Below the pieces are notes generated by a model. The model was given only the letters and a program-made list of their open reading frames with translations. It did no database searches and had not been told where the DNA came from. Positions 25,323 through 38,471 of a stretch of DNA of 64,000 bases are shown piece after piece; the stretch's first letter is position 1, and each line of letters begins with the position of its first letter. The position numbers were made by a program, and so were the translations under genes. This stretch comes from Trichosphaerium sp. ATCC 40318 (taxonomy: Eukaryota > Protista > Tubulinea): positions 62,001 through 126,000 of the forward strand of contig JALMLS010000289.1 in NCBI GenBank assembly GCA_038496445.1, given 5' to 3'.

Positions 25323-28301
25323 TTAGATGATTTCATCGTCAAAGTCTTCAAAACTAAAAGCTTCGGTCTCTTCCTCTTCTTCTTTAATTTTATCCAGTTT
25401 ATCTCGTTCATGTTGTACACTTTCTGCATTATTTGAAATACTGTCAAGTGTCGCTTGAACAACATTAAGCACAGAACGCTTAGCACAAGCACCACATCCT
25501 CCTGAACCGTCACAGCATCCATTCGGTATTGCAGTACACATAATCCCTGTATTTAAAGGTGTAGACGAGTCTTCTGAGCATACGCCATTGTTACAAAATG
25601 TTTGGAAGCACGAAGATGTATTACATCGCGATCCTTGCTAGCGGAATAATTAGTAACGGAACTAAACACAAAAAAACTCCGAAACATCTTTTTTCTCAAC
25701 ACGTGGCAAAAATACGTTGTCAAATAGAATGACTCATAGCACGCGGTTCCCCAAGTGTAGTGTTAAATTTGTAAGGAACATAAAGGAAAATGTTGTACAA
25801 ACAGTACTGGACTGGTTTTTTTGGTTTTTTTTTTCAATTCAAAACTTTGATTGCGTACATTCTGGAATGCTGAACATGTACTAGTACAACATAATCCTTG
25901 AGGAGTATCATCACAAACTTCTCCATTTTCGACCATACCGTTACCACAAATAGCTAGAGGAAGGTCAGTATGTTATGGAAAAAGTTTTGTGTTGTTTTCC
26001 CGTCAAAAACAGATATCATATTTCTTCAACGTACAGGTACAAACTCCATCGAAACATGCGGCAGATTGGCCAACATTATTCATGTCAATGCAGGAAGTAT
26101 TATCTGGTAGATTAACCATCTGACAGATGCCATCTAAGACCAAGGGTAAATGAAAGGTGGATATCGAATTTTCGTTCTGAGAACGTGCTTCTGTTGTGAC
26201 TTACTTATACATGTTGCTTCAACGCACGGATCAACATCACTGTCTTCCATACAACTACAATCTAACCTGAATCCGGAATTGCATACTCCATTCTAACAGG
26301 AACAAGGTCAAAAGAAGAAAAAGGAGATAAATCAACGCACTTGGCATGTGTCTAGCTCGGTGCACTCGTCACCGTCATCACAGCTCGTTCCGTTTGAAAC
26401 AGATACCCGCATACATGCGCCACCATTGTTAGGATCACATGCACCTTAAAAAGAAATAAATAAGGCACAAATATACTTTTTCGTTTTACGATCATAAACA
26501 CGAGATTTTCTGCTGATATTTGAAGCGACACAAAAAAAAGAAGAGCAAAACTTATCGCAACACGTGGCGCAGTTTGTTGTTTTGATATCATTTTTTGAAA
26601 ATAGTATACTTGATAATAGTGCGTACCTAAACTACACTGGTCGTCGAGGTGAGAACAATCGATAGGGACATCTGGCCTACACCCTTCATTCGAAATACAA
26701 ATTTGTGTCTCATTACAAGCAGTCGGAGGGCACTGAATTACTGTTGAACCGGAACAACACACATCATTAGGATTATTTACACAGTCAGGTATTCCAGCTT
26801 GTCTCTTTTCTAAACGCGTTTAGAAGCGTATGTATACTCGTACGTAACAGACGAGCATTGTTTTACAAAACAAACAAAAAGATCAGGTGAAACTTCAAAT
26901 GCGAACCTTTATGTGCTTTACTGCATGAATCATCTATCAATTTAGGAACTAAACCAGGCAACCCTGTAGGATTGAAGAGCTGCGCCGTATAAGTCAAGTG
27001 TTGTTCGTAAGGATTGATTAAATAGGGTTACATGCCTGGAATTGATGCTTCAGTAGCGGTACTGAGGCGATATCTTCAAGGCTGGGACATTTGAGACCGT
27101 AATCCTCTTTATCAAATGCAAACGCAAATACTTCAATACCGTGGCTAGAAAGAGAATCCATCAAAGTTTCATCGAGTAAGTACTCGCAATTAAATATCAA
27201 AAATAGTATCCTACAAACAAAGAATTAATACCGAACTTCCGCTTCAATACCCAATGCCTACCGCCTAGCGTTTGTTCTACTATAATTTTCAAAGTAATTT
27301 GACGATGTTTCTAAAGCCACGTTTATGCTTGATTGAACTGGTAACGCCTGTACAATAACGCCAACATCGTGATCTATTTCTCTTGCAAAATTGTGAACAA
27401 CGTTTGCATCAGACCCAGAAAATTGCAATACAGCAAATCTGACGCGCCCAGAGAATAAAAGACTATCCATAGCGTTATCTACAAATGTCTCGATCTAAAA
27501 AAACGTTACCGACCACAAAATCTGACACAAACAAGTAATTTCAAATTACTAAAATACATACTTGACTCTTGTCCTCTGTAACACCTTTCTGAACCATCAC
27601 GACAACGTCCAAATATTCATTACATGCTATAGCAGGGCACTTGAGTGTTTCAACAACACAAGTTTGTTCTTGACACGTGGGCGTGCACTAAAGAAAAATA
27701 AGCAAACTGCCTTTAAACACTACGTTATGATTTTGTTTCTTTTTTAGTATTTTGTGGCGCTGTTTCGCAATAAATAGTGTGAACTCTTAGCTAATTCCAA
27801 ACAGCGATGAGACGCAAAAAATACGCGTTGTCCTTTTTTCAAAAAATCACGTGCGCATTTCGCCTTTTTTTTTTCGTTCTTTTTCCTTTTTACCCAAAGT
27901 AGAAACACATTAATTGTTCCTCCTTAGAATCTCCGGGCCTTTGCGAGAAAAGATAAAAAAATCCAAACAGGACTGAGCTCTATCGCCAAAACCTTTTTTT
28001 TTTCTTTTTGTCGTACCTTTGTCTCCCAATAAACGTTCAAATCCTCAAATCCAAAGCACGCTTCACCGTCCTCTAATTGCTTATATTTACAAGTAGATTC
28101 TCGCTTGTCACAAACACCAATCAAGCAAGGACCACGATTATTGCAATCTGCATTTGTATTGCATTTTTCATCAAAAGAAGTTTGCGAGGAAGAAGAATAA
28201 TCCAAAGGGTTATTCGCTGATGTATGTGAAGCAAGAAGGGATAATATAATATATAAGAGTAATATCAATGCTGTTCTTCCGCGGGAACGTGGTATGAGCA
28301 T
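25323..28301 (-). CDS. Secreted Cys-rich protein with a degenerate VWA domain, Cys-rich repeats and an acidic tail
   Basis: Signal peptide; LDVVVMV...RVRFAVLQFS...ARRILFLIF...GIEVFAFAF (VWA fold); Cys repeats including CGNGMVENGEVCD; tail EEEEETEAFSFEDFDDEII. Confidence 0.72.
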
Positions 28302-28893
28302 CTTACGGACTTTTAGAAGTGACGAATTATGCGATATCAAAAAAATCATAAAATCATTGCCGCATTGTATTGATATCCGCGTGGTAAAATACCATGAATC
28401 ATTGCGGTTGTAATTATAAGGTTTTTAGACGGACAGAAATCCCTTGGCCTCTTGGCTTTGTTTTGGTTAAAAACTGTACCTATTTATCATCCAGAATATG
28501 TTCTAAGTGTTTTTTCTACAAGTCTTGGGTTTTGTGTGGCAATGATTAACCTCCGTACTTCTAACTGCGTATTCGCTTACGCTTGAATATTGCGCTTGCT
28601 ATATTAGCAGGGCGCCCTGGGTAAGGATGGTAATATGTTTCAAAGACGTTCACAATTAAAACATGTGATTTTTGTGGATTGCGCGAGATTCTATGATACT
28701 CTGAACATCCTTGCAACCTCAAAGAACCAAGAACAACAACTTTGCACTTGCACATAAGCACCGTTACTAATAGAGGCGTATTCTACTTTGTATCCGAACG
28801 TGGTGTATTACTAAATGCAGTGGAAGGCATTTCTGAGGTTTTTGACCATCATTTGACTAGTTCGTTTAAACAGCTGTCAACGTTTCATGTACA

Positions 28894-31800
28894 ATGGAAA
28901 AGGACGCTGACGAACCCCGAAAATGGGTTATAAAGGCATTTGACGAGCGAAAAGGCACTTCAAGTTTTAGACAGAGAAAGAGGAAGCAACTAGACGATAA
29001 ATCAGCACAACCGTATGTGATTTAGACATTGACACGAACGCAAGGCTTATTTGGCGTTTAGTACAGTAACGAAACGAGAGCCACGTAGGAGCTTTAGGCG
29101 ACCTGTCTTCAACCACGAAAACGTATTTATAGCGTTAATACCATGCATATACATCGTTATATCATTTGGTGGTAGATTGTATCCAAACCGCCTGTAGACG
29201 CACTATTTTACTTACCAAGAGTTAAAAAACCTTAACAAACAGATCGTTAGGCATTGGGTTTCTTGGGTTTGTAATTGCGTGGCTTTGCCAAGTTTTTCGC
29301 GTCCAACACACTGAAGAAGTGTACGTTAACGTATTTTATCAGTTGCAGTTTTTTTTTTTGACACTTCTTTACAAACACGCGTTTAACACATGAAACAGGA
29401 CGTTGGTTACTGGTTGTATAACCTTGGGCATCTTAAACGGATCATTTGTACTTCAGGCCTTGTTTGCATTTTCGTACGTTTTTTTTTCTTCAGCAAGAAA
29501 TGGTTACTGCGGCTGTAGTTCAATTAAAACGAACTCAATATCTACAAAAACGTTCTCCTATTATTAGAGAAACCCCTGATATCACCTTAGGCACGGTATA
29601 TTTTGGAATATATGGCTTGTTTTATTAGGATCAATGACAGTCATTTGTACGACATCTTGGCTAGTTCTACAATTCAATTTAGTCCGTAAGATAGACCTAC
29701 TTCCAAGGGTACGTTATACCAACTAACAAAGCATCATTGAAACTCAAACAATGGTCAATAAAAATGTAATAGCACTAATCCTGTTTTTTAGTTTGTTGAA
29801 CGCATTGTTTATGGTCTATCGGGAATAGTAAGTACTGGTATGTCCACGTGGTTATGTGTTGCGCTATGGGGTCTTGGTAAGAAGCATTTAATAAGAATAC
29901 TTATATACATTACAACCTAACCAAACAAATACAGAACATGCTCCTTTTTATGCATTTCTATTCACTTGGATAAATTTTTATCTTGTGACTCTTCCAAAAC
30001 GATCAATTTTTGTCCCTGCTGGTAGAACAAAGAATGATCAATTTCCTACAGGTAAGAAGACAAAATACTACCAACATCTTGTTTATTGACGTCACGTGAT
30101 GTTTTTTTAGAGAAAGAAATGATTCTACATAAAGGTGATGCCGGAATGCAGACTTTGTTCTCTTTGCTTTACCCAGCTTTTCTTCATATTGCTGTATTCC
30201 ACAGAGTAATCTTTGAAGCACATCGTATATCAGAACTTGTATTTCTAATTGTAGCTCCATTTCTGATACTAAAAATATGCGATCTAAAGAAGAAAAAACC
30301 GCTGTGGTGGCTAGGTACGCTCCTTATAAAACACCAAAAAAACTTGCTTTTTTTTTACTGTTGAGATTCAAAAACTCATTTGCAACGTCTTGGCTTTTTA
30401 TCACTTTGGTGGCTTTATTTGACTGGATTTTTTATAAAAAAGGCATGTCACAACCTGCTGTATCAGCGTTATCGACACTGTTAAGCTTTATATCACTTGG
30501 AGCGTTGATAGCTTGCTTTGAAGTTCGTATCGTTTTCAGATCATACTATCACTTTATTTCGCTTGCACCTCCATGGAACTACATTGTAGTTACAGTGGCT
30601 TTATACCTTGGCTTGATTGGATTCTATGTCGCTTTATACAATAGAAGGTAAGGACCTAATAACCTACCCTTTACTTATAAATGGACACTAGATTTATAAA
30701 CCGCATCACTGCCGTCTCTTTTTGTACACTCGCTGCACTTTGTGCTTGTGTTGCATTAGGACTTCCATGGTATCTTTGGGCGCTTCCAGTACTTGCTTCA
30801 TATGCACTTGTAACGTTTTACTTTGATAGACAACTAAGGGTACCAACAAGATCTTTGTTTAGTTACAGTGATAGTATACTGTTACTAACTTTCTTCTCTT
30901 AGTACTACATTGCATTCGTTTCCATAATGGTCATGGCGCTTGTTTGGTTTATTAATAAGGTGTTTTTATTTATTGAGTATCCTTTACATACTACCCAACA
31001 AACAGATTTCTTTTATTAACTTTCTTGCGTCATCTGAATTCCTTAACTGAAAAGATATGACTTTAAGCTTCTTGGTCTTTCTTTGCAGACAGTTTCATTC
31101 TTAATTGTTATATTATTCACACTCTCTGCACTTCTACCTGGTTTCGTAATGCTTAACCGTTGGGTGTACTTGAACAATATACTCTTGGTGACACATGCTG
31201 CTCTCCTAGCCTTCCTGGAACAGATTTTACATCACGAACAAGGAGGTACGTCATTGTTCACTTTTACGCTTTTGTTTTGACCTACTTTTCTAGGACATAT
31301 GTATCCTACTTACCTCGTAATTACTACAAGCGCTTTAGGGGTATACGTGTCTATACAGTACGTTATAAATCATTCATGTCAAAAGAACTAACAATGATAT
31401 TTTTAGGTTATCTTCTCAATCGAGGGTTACAAAACTAGCCTTGCTATTTGCAGCTTCATTATACATATCCAAGATAGTTGTATTAGCACCTTTGGTTCCT
31501 TGGGCTATTCCTACAACTGCTATATTTGTAGCGTGTATGCTACAGCTCATTTTCTTCGGTAACAAAGAAGAAGAAAGAGTAAGTCGATACACATATGTGC
31601 TCGTTTTCTGACTGATTCTCTTAGGGTCCTCTTCAACTTGTCATTTATTATCTTGTTATTGGACATGCTTCATTCATTTTACAATTTACTGTACTACCAG
31701 TTATCCTCGAAGCAGCTATTGATCACAAGGCCTCTCAAAGCGTCAAACTAGGTAACTTATTTTACCAGTTCTAATTTCAAACTTGATTCGACCCTGACAC

Positions 31801-33716
31801 AGTCAGATTTTGTTCTTTTAGTTTAATGTATGGTGTAGGAGCTTTCTTACTCCTATGGGGTATTGGACTATCGCCTCTTTCGTTTAAGTACATGCGTACA
31901 CAAAGGAAATTCAATGTTTTCAATACAGCTCTCATTGTTAGCGGATTACTGTTCCTTGTCATACAACCTGGTACAATTTCATCATTTGATGATGTCTCTG
32001 TTGACTATCAACACCTTGGGTACAATTTAACATAATGCTTAACTACTAACTCATCCTTTTAGATTCTCAGAGTTCTCAGTGGTTATTGCACTGTTGACAT
32101 TATTTTTGGCGTTCCTTGATGTTATACCAGTTAGAGAATCAAGTACGTGGCAATGGGTAGTCTCTATTATTGTTGGAGGATGTCTAGGAGTCATATTTCC
32201 TAAGGAAGCGTTCCCAGAAGTACTGGTACGTCACTCATTTGAGGTAGCTCGTTTTTTCAGCCTGAGCTTCCTTTTTTTTTTTCTTTGTGATCCAAAAGAG
32301 CAAAATCTGTTGGTTCAGCAGGCCCTATAGAAACTATATTTTATATATGCGATCGAATAGTAATGATATATTGTAGGTGTACAATTTGGGTATACTGTTA
32401 CAAGGTGTTTTTGGCGCTTTGTTCTCGATGTTCAGTGGAATCATCACTTTTGGATTAGTTGGACAACAAGATACATTGACAAATATTCCACGATTGTACA
32501 GGATCTTACTTTACTTTCAATGTAATTTTACTAACTTCACTTCTTTAGATACGCTGGTATCATATCGTTTTCAGCAGTTACTTTCTTACTAGTTGTACGT
32601 TTTATCTTTTTTTTTCTTCTCCAAATATTCCTTTCAAAAAAATCAAAACATTTATCCTTGCTGTTTTCTCGGTTCCTCAACTTTGCCTATTAATGTGAAT
32701 TCGCTCTACGACAACACATTTTTTGCGTGGACATTAGTGCCACGGAATAAAGTCGGAAAGGCATTTAGCCATCTCGATACCAACCAACTTCTACAAACTA
32801 AAAAAATTGAATAGGAAACCAACGCTGCATATTTAAAGCATAATGAGCAAACAGCTGCCCATAGTGTACTAATAGGGCTCTATGCTGCATTGAACACATT
32901 AGTATCAATGTTCCTAAAATTCCTTGCTGGCAAAGATGACATCAACCTGAAGAAAGCGCACATCTCTCAAACAGTATCAAAGGTATGTTTTCCCTCACCC
33001 TTTCTTACTAAATCACTTACAGGAGAAGCGTACTTATGTCAGTAAAACGGAAGAATTAAATGGGTGGTTACCGAATATAGGAAACTTAGCTACAGTATTA
33101 GCTGTCGCACTAACGCTACTTCATTACATGGTCTATTTAGAAGGTTTGCAAAAAAAAAAGTTTTAGTTGGTTTTGGGTTTTTTTTGTTAGGTTGCTTGTT
33201 TCTTTGTCTAATCAGAGTCTAGGCACCGAACTGTCTATATTTATCATCGCACCTCTTCTTTTACTTCTACACCATACACCTACTGCTCAGAAGAATCGAT
33301 ACTATCCTGTTTTGATTACAATAGTAGTTTTCTTGACTCTCCATGCCTGTTTTGTTGCATTCGCAAAAGATCTTCTTTATCAATTTGGTACGCCCTCTTA
33401 CTCCTTTAAAATATTATTCATTATTGTGGTAGGTATGGGTGTAGATCCTTCTGGTTTATCTGTTTTGGAGATCATCAAGAATACAGTATTCTTGGTTACT
33501 TCTCTTCCTGGCAATTACTTTTTTGCAAATTTTTTGAACACTTATATCCCACCTGAGTATTGGACCTGGGCGCTTGCCATACCATTCAATATAGTCACTG
33601 TAGTATTTGCTGATATATCTGGCATAAGGGCTCTTGCCTTAGTATCGTCTATTGGACTACCTGTTGCGTACCTGATATCAAGAGACGTTCAAAGATCAGG
33701 AGCTAGAAAACTGTAA
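28894..33716 (+). CDS. Large polytopic membrane protein, NO EXINE FORMATION 1 (NEF1)-like, many exons
   Basis: Many hydrophobic segments; WLVLQF...VERIVY, FLEQILHHEQGGHMYPTYLVITTS, WLPNIGNLAT and IFIIAPLLLLL...RYYPV resemble my recollection of plant NEF1 motifs. Confidence 0.7.
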
Positions 33717-33940
33717 AACAGCAAAAAAAAAAAACCAAAAAAATTGTACATAAAATCATTACACCGCAGTTTTGAACCCAAAAAACCCCACTCCGTCGGC
33801 CTCAGGAGAAGGCAGAAAAGTACATTATGATCGCGTAATACAAAATTAAGTAAAGTTAAGTGACCTGTTGTTAAGTGGACTCCCGCCAAACAAGTCATAC
33901 CAGGAAAAGCACTTTAAAGAAGCGTCACAACGAAGCTAGG

Positions 33941-34366
33941 ATGGCTTTTAAAATGGCTGTAAAAAACAAAGCTCTAAAAGATAAACTACAAAACGCGTTC
34001 GGTCCAAAAGGCATTGTTGCTTGGTCTGGATGTTGTAGACTAGGATGTACAGGTAGTTATGACGAATATGATGATTCTTTTAGCTTTAGAAAAGAAAAAG
34101 GAATAACATTCTTCAAACTGTTTTTATCTGGCATGAACTACCTTCCAAACGCTTCAAATTGTTATGTTTCATACGAAGAGTTCGATTATTTGATGGATCA
34201 TTGGGAAGAAGAGCTAGCACTCATAAAAGAATGGTGTCAACTTATTGGCTTGGAAGAAGGCGAGTACGTTATCAATAAGCCGACGAATGGGCGACAGGCT
34301 ATTGGTATCGTCTTCAATAAACCGCTTTCCCTGGAACCTAAAATAAAGCTTCCAGAGCACAGCTAA
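33941..34366 (+). CDS. Intronless hypothetical protein with a GCCRLGC motif
   Basis: 141-aa ORF from ATG 33941 with globular composition. Confidence 0.6.
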   Translation: MAFKMAVKNKALKDKLQNAFGPKGIVAWSGCCRLGCTGSYDEYDDSFSFRKEKGITFFKLFLSGMNYLPNASNCYVSYEEFDYLMDHWEEELALIKEWCQLIGLEEGEYVINKPTNGRQAIGIVFNKPLSLEPKIKLPEHS

Positions 34367-35086
34367 GATCGAGTAAACTTTAACAACATGACTCGGTCAT
34401 GTCTTTGAACTGTTCTTTCTGAAATAAATCTTTTCTCGGAATTCAAATGATTTACAATTACGTGTTAGATCCCTATCGTCCATTTGCTCCTACAAACAAT
34501 ACCAGATTGGAGGAGAACCTATCTCTTGCCTTGACCGCTTGGTCACGAGGCCTGAGACCTTTTTTATTAAAAGTCGCAGACAGTAACCACCGAAAAACCA
34601 AAAACTTTTCCGAGTACATGTTTATTAGCTGGGAAACTGTATTAAGGTGCTCTAACTGTGTTAAGTTACTGCCCTTAAGTATAACATTGTAGTCTTTGCG
34701 TAGTTGCCTCTAGCGTACATCTCTTAAACAGCAACCCAATAGTAAACTTTGCTTATTTAAAGTTCCTGAAATATTAAGTTAGCTTTTCAAAACGGTTACG
34801 GAATCTGTAAATAACAGTGCCGGAAGCTCTGTCACAAGATTGTTGTGCTTTTGAAAGGCTTACAACCTTCGTAAAAACCAAACGTCGCTCTAAAGTTAAG
34901 TTAACCACGAGCTTCTTATCTGTTCCCTTTGTTTAGCATACCGAAAGCATCCCTCGATATCAAAAAAGCCTTGTAGAAGAATATAAACAGTCAATACAAG
35001 ATTTAATCACCAGCATCGACATTCCAACGTAAAAACCTCAACAACCTTCTAATTCGCCCTAAACTGGAACAAAAACAAGCCCGATA

Positions 35087-36112
35087 ATGGAAACATCATA
35101 CAACTCTTCAAAACGTCACCAAACTCCTCAAAATATAGTACATCTCGAGTTACCGCCTGAAATATGGTCTATGATAGCAGAACATCTTTCTTTCAGTGAC
35201 CTAACTTGTGGATTTTGGCAAGTAAGCAAGCTATTTAATGATATTCATAAAAGACAATCATACTGGGAACCAAGAGTGTCAAGGGCATATAGTAATAAGA
35301 TATGGTCTGAGAGGTTTATCCCTGATTATTCAAATATAAAACCTGCTTGGCAATGCTTCAAGGTTCTCACGTGAGTAAATTTTAACCGGTTTTTCTTTTA
35401 CCTCTTTTTTTTTTTCTTTTCTCAGACAAACGTACACAATGGGCTCTTTTCTTGTCTTTTTCTAGCATGTGATACAGATAACTTAATTCTGTATCTATAT
35501 ACTACAATATTATTCTACTTCTGTACCAGCTGGTGTTGACTTTTACTTCAACTAAAAAAATATGAACTTGTTGATGAGTTTTTTTTTTATTTCCATAAAT
35601 AGGTTTTGCTGTAGTTGTGGTAAAAGATTTACAATGCGTAATTCAAGGCATTATAAATTTAAATATAATGATGTACCTGATAGCTGTAAAGGATTATTAT
35701 GTTCTACATGCTATGCAGACAAAGCTCTAACAGATTTCAACTGTAAGGAAAAATCATGTCCAATTTGTATGTCACTATCACGTGTTACCTCTTTTTTTGA
35801 AACTTCAACAAATTGATACACTTAATGCTATTTTTAGGTACAACATTATATATCTGTTCAGCATGTGGTGTTGAGCACTTTGATAGTGTTTTTTATGAGT
35901 CTTGCAACAGATGTGGATTGTATTATTGCAAGTTTGCTTTAGATCTTACAGGAACCTGTGATGAGAAGTCTTTGAGTTTGTGGAACTGCATAAATTGTGA
36001 TAAGAGTATGATTGAAAAGATGGATATTATGACAGAGGAGAACAAAGAATTGAAGAATAAAGTCAAAGAATTAGAAGAAAAGATAAGACAGTTAGAACGG
36101 CATTCACAGTAA
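35087..36112 (+). CDS. F-box protein with a Cys-rich (zinc-finger-like) region and C-terminal coiled coil
   Basis: LPPEIWSMIAEHLSFSDL...VSKLF (F-box); several CxxC pairs; ENKELKNKVKELEEKIRQL. Confidence 0.8.
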
Positions 36113-36311
36113 GACAAAAAAATTACATTGCATGCATTAGTGTACTGTATTTCAACACTTTTATTACCAAATTTAAATAAAGCGGTACTGAGGCTTACCA
36201 ACAAAGGTTCCGCACAATGCACTTCTTTTTTGAGTACTTTATGTATCAATGTCACTACAAACATCACAATTTTGGGTTTTTTTCAGTCCACGTGTTCTTT
36301 ATGTTGTGCGT

Positions 36312-38205
36312 TTAGGTCACACTAATCGAGTTTACAGTATCTTCATGAGACTCCATATCAATTGTTAGAGTTGCTTTTGTGGTAATAGAAACAACTTTAC
36401 TAGGTTGAATCATCCACAATTGTAACTAAAGAGTCAAACAATTAGAAAAAAAAGATACATTGTTCTTTTTTTGAATCGTACAAAGTCTAGGACAGTACTA
36501 AGAAAGAAGAAGCTATACCAAACAATGGCATATCCAATAGGAGTATCTGTGACGCCACTAAAAAATAGAACAGAGTACATAATGATACCAAGGAGCCCAA
36601 AAACAAGAACAATCATTCTCCACAATACCTAAATAAGGCAAGTTCAGTTTGTATGCCTTTTTGCTTGTTTCTTTTATGCACCTTCTTAGCTGTTTTTGAA
36701 GCCTTACTTTTTTTAAGACCTGATAACAAGCTTTTTATTACAATAACGGCAATAGCAATAGAATATATAAAAGAGGCAACAATCGTTAATATCTACAAAA
36801 AACTAGATTAGTATTCAACGAAAAGTTGTTTTTTTTTCTTATTGTGGGTTCATTGAATCCTCTTCAAACAGGTTCGTACAATCATTGCTTCTGCTATTGT
36901 GCCAATGAAATCAACGCCAAAATCCATAAAAGCTTCGAGACCTTGAAGTACAAGAGCAAAAACCATAACAATGAAGTATCCGTAGAGACCATATTGGAAC
37001 TTTTTCAAAAAACGTGTCACTCTCCTGTTTTGTTTCATGATGATTTGGTGCCTTAGATCTCATGTTAGTTAAATATCACATTACTAAATCATTGATAACA
37101 TACCAGTACAAGGAAATCAGGAGAGACGCAGCAACACTGCCATAAAAAGTTAACAAAACTATCGTTTTGGTTAATAATAGAAATACGTGCGTGAGAGCAA
37201 TGGAGAGTGTGTAGGCTAGTAGAATTATAGGTGAGGGGTATAGTTTTAAGTAACCCATTGGATCAACACCTTGAGTCATGTTAGAACAGTAGTAACAACT
37301 CGGAAGATAACGCACAATGAAAAACAAGCCGAGTCAGTATTGCCATTATTTCTATTACGATACAAACTGTTGGTACTGTAGCAGCGAAGCAAGTACCATT
37401 TATTTCGGCATTCATATAAAGCCTAGTAACTTGTTAACGTCAAATTCAAGTATGACGAATATCACGTGTACCTGTACAAAGCAAATCCAAAAACCAAAAA
37501 GTTGAAAGCGATTATTGAAACTTGCCAAGCAATGAACCAACCACTCTTGAACATTTCTCTCCACGGGTTATTATCAGGCCACGCGTTCACATATACAATA
37601 TCATTCGATTTAACTAACTCATACGATAGCTCTGACGCCTTAACCTCAGCTACAGGCACCTTTATAAAAGAGTTAAAAAAGTGTAAGAAAAAAGTTTTGT
37701 TTTAGCATCAAATTGGGAAAACAGCATTCTACTTGCTCTGATGTCTTGTTTATCCTTTAATAGGACATATTCTCCGCGTCCAGGGTCATCAGCACGGAAT
37801 ATAACGCCTAAAGCGCCTTTGTTCTGAAACTTTATTATAATTTCTTCTAAACGCTCATCTCTTGTCTCTATGAGTACCAGAGAACCTAAAATACGAATAA
37901 AAATGATCAAACACCGCGTCAGAGCTTCCCAAATCAAAAAAAAAAGACAAACGGCCAAAAGGCAACGTACCTGTTATATTTTGAGAGCTCTCTGGTGTCA
38001 GAGTAACGTTATTGAAGTTCCAATCGATTATATTGTTCGGGTACTGTAGCGGCGCAAGTGACGCAGTTATTGGCTCTGTCGCAAGCATCTCGAGCGAGCA
38101 TTCGCCAGAATAAGCGAATACCGTTATAATCAAGAGCAAACTCAAGAATAACGCCTTTGCATTACTCAATCGAGTGTCAGGTTTTTTGTTGCTGCACGTG
38201 CTCAT
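36312..38205 (-). CDS. Membrane receptor-like protein: signal peptide + PA (protease-associated) domain + about 7 TM helices
   Basis: KFQNKGALGVIF and VPVAEV PA signatures, then NPWREMF and 6-7 hydrophobic helices; stop TAA at 36312-36314. Confidence 0.7.
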
Positions 38206-38471
38206 CTTTCTCAGTACTTTTTTTCAGCTTTGAGTATGGTGCAATCACATCTGGTTAAACGAACTGGCTTAGAATACAAGTCGCCAACATATCAAAAAAA
38301 GTAGTGTCAGTCAAACGTCAGTCAAACAACGACGTGTAACACGGTCAGCTACACACCGATGGTTCTGCGAAATACGTTGTTTCTTTAATGATTACACTTT
38401 GAGCTCCTTCAAGAGATCAATAAAACACGATTGAGTAATGTTCTACTTGTCTTTGCAAAGCTACATTTATT

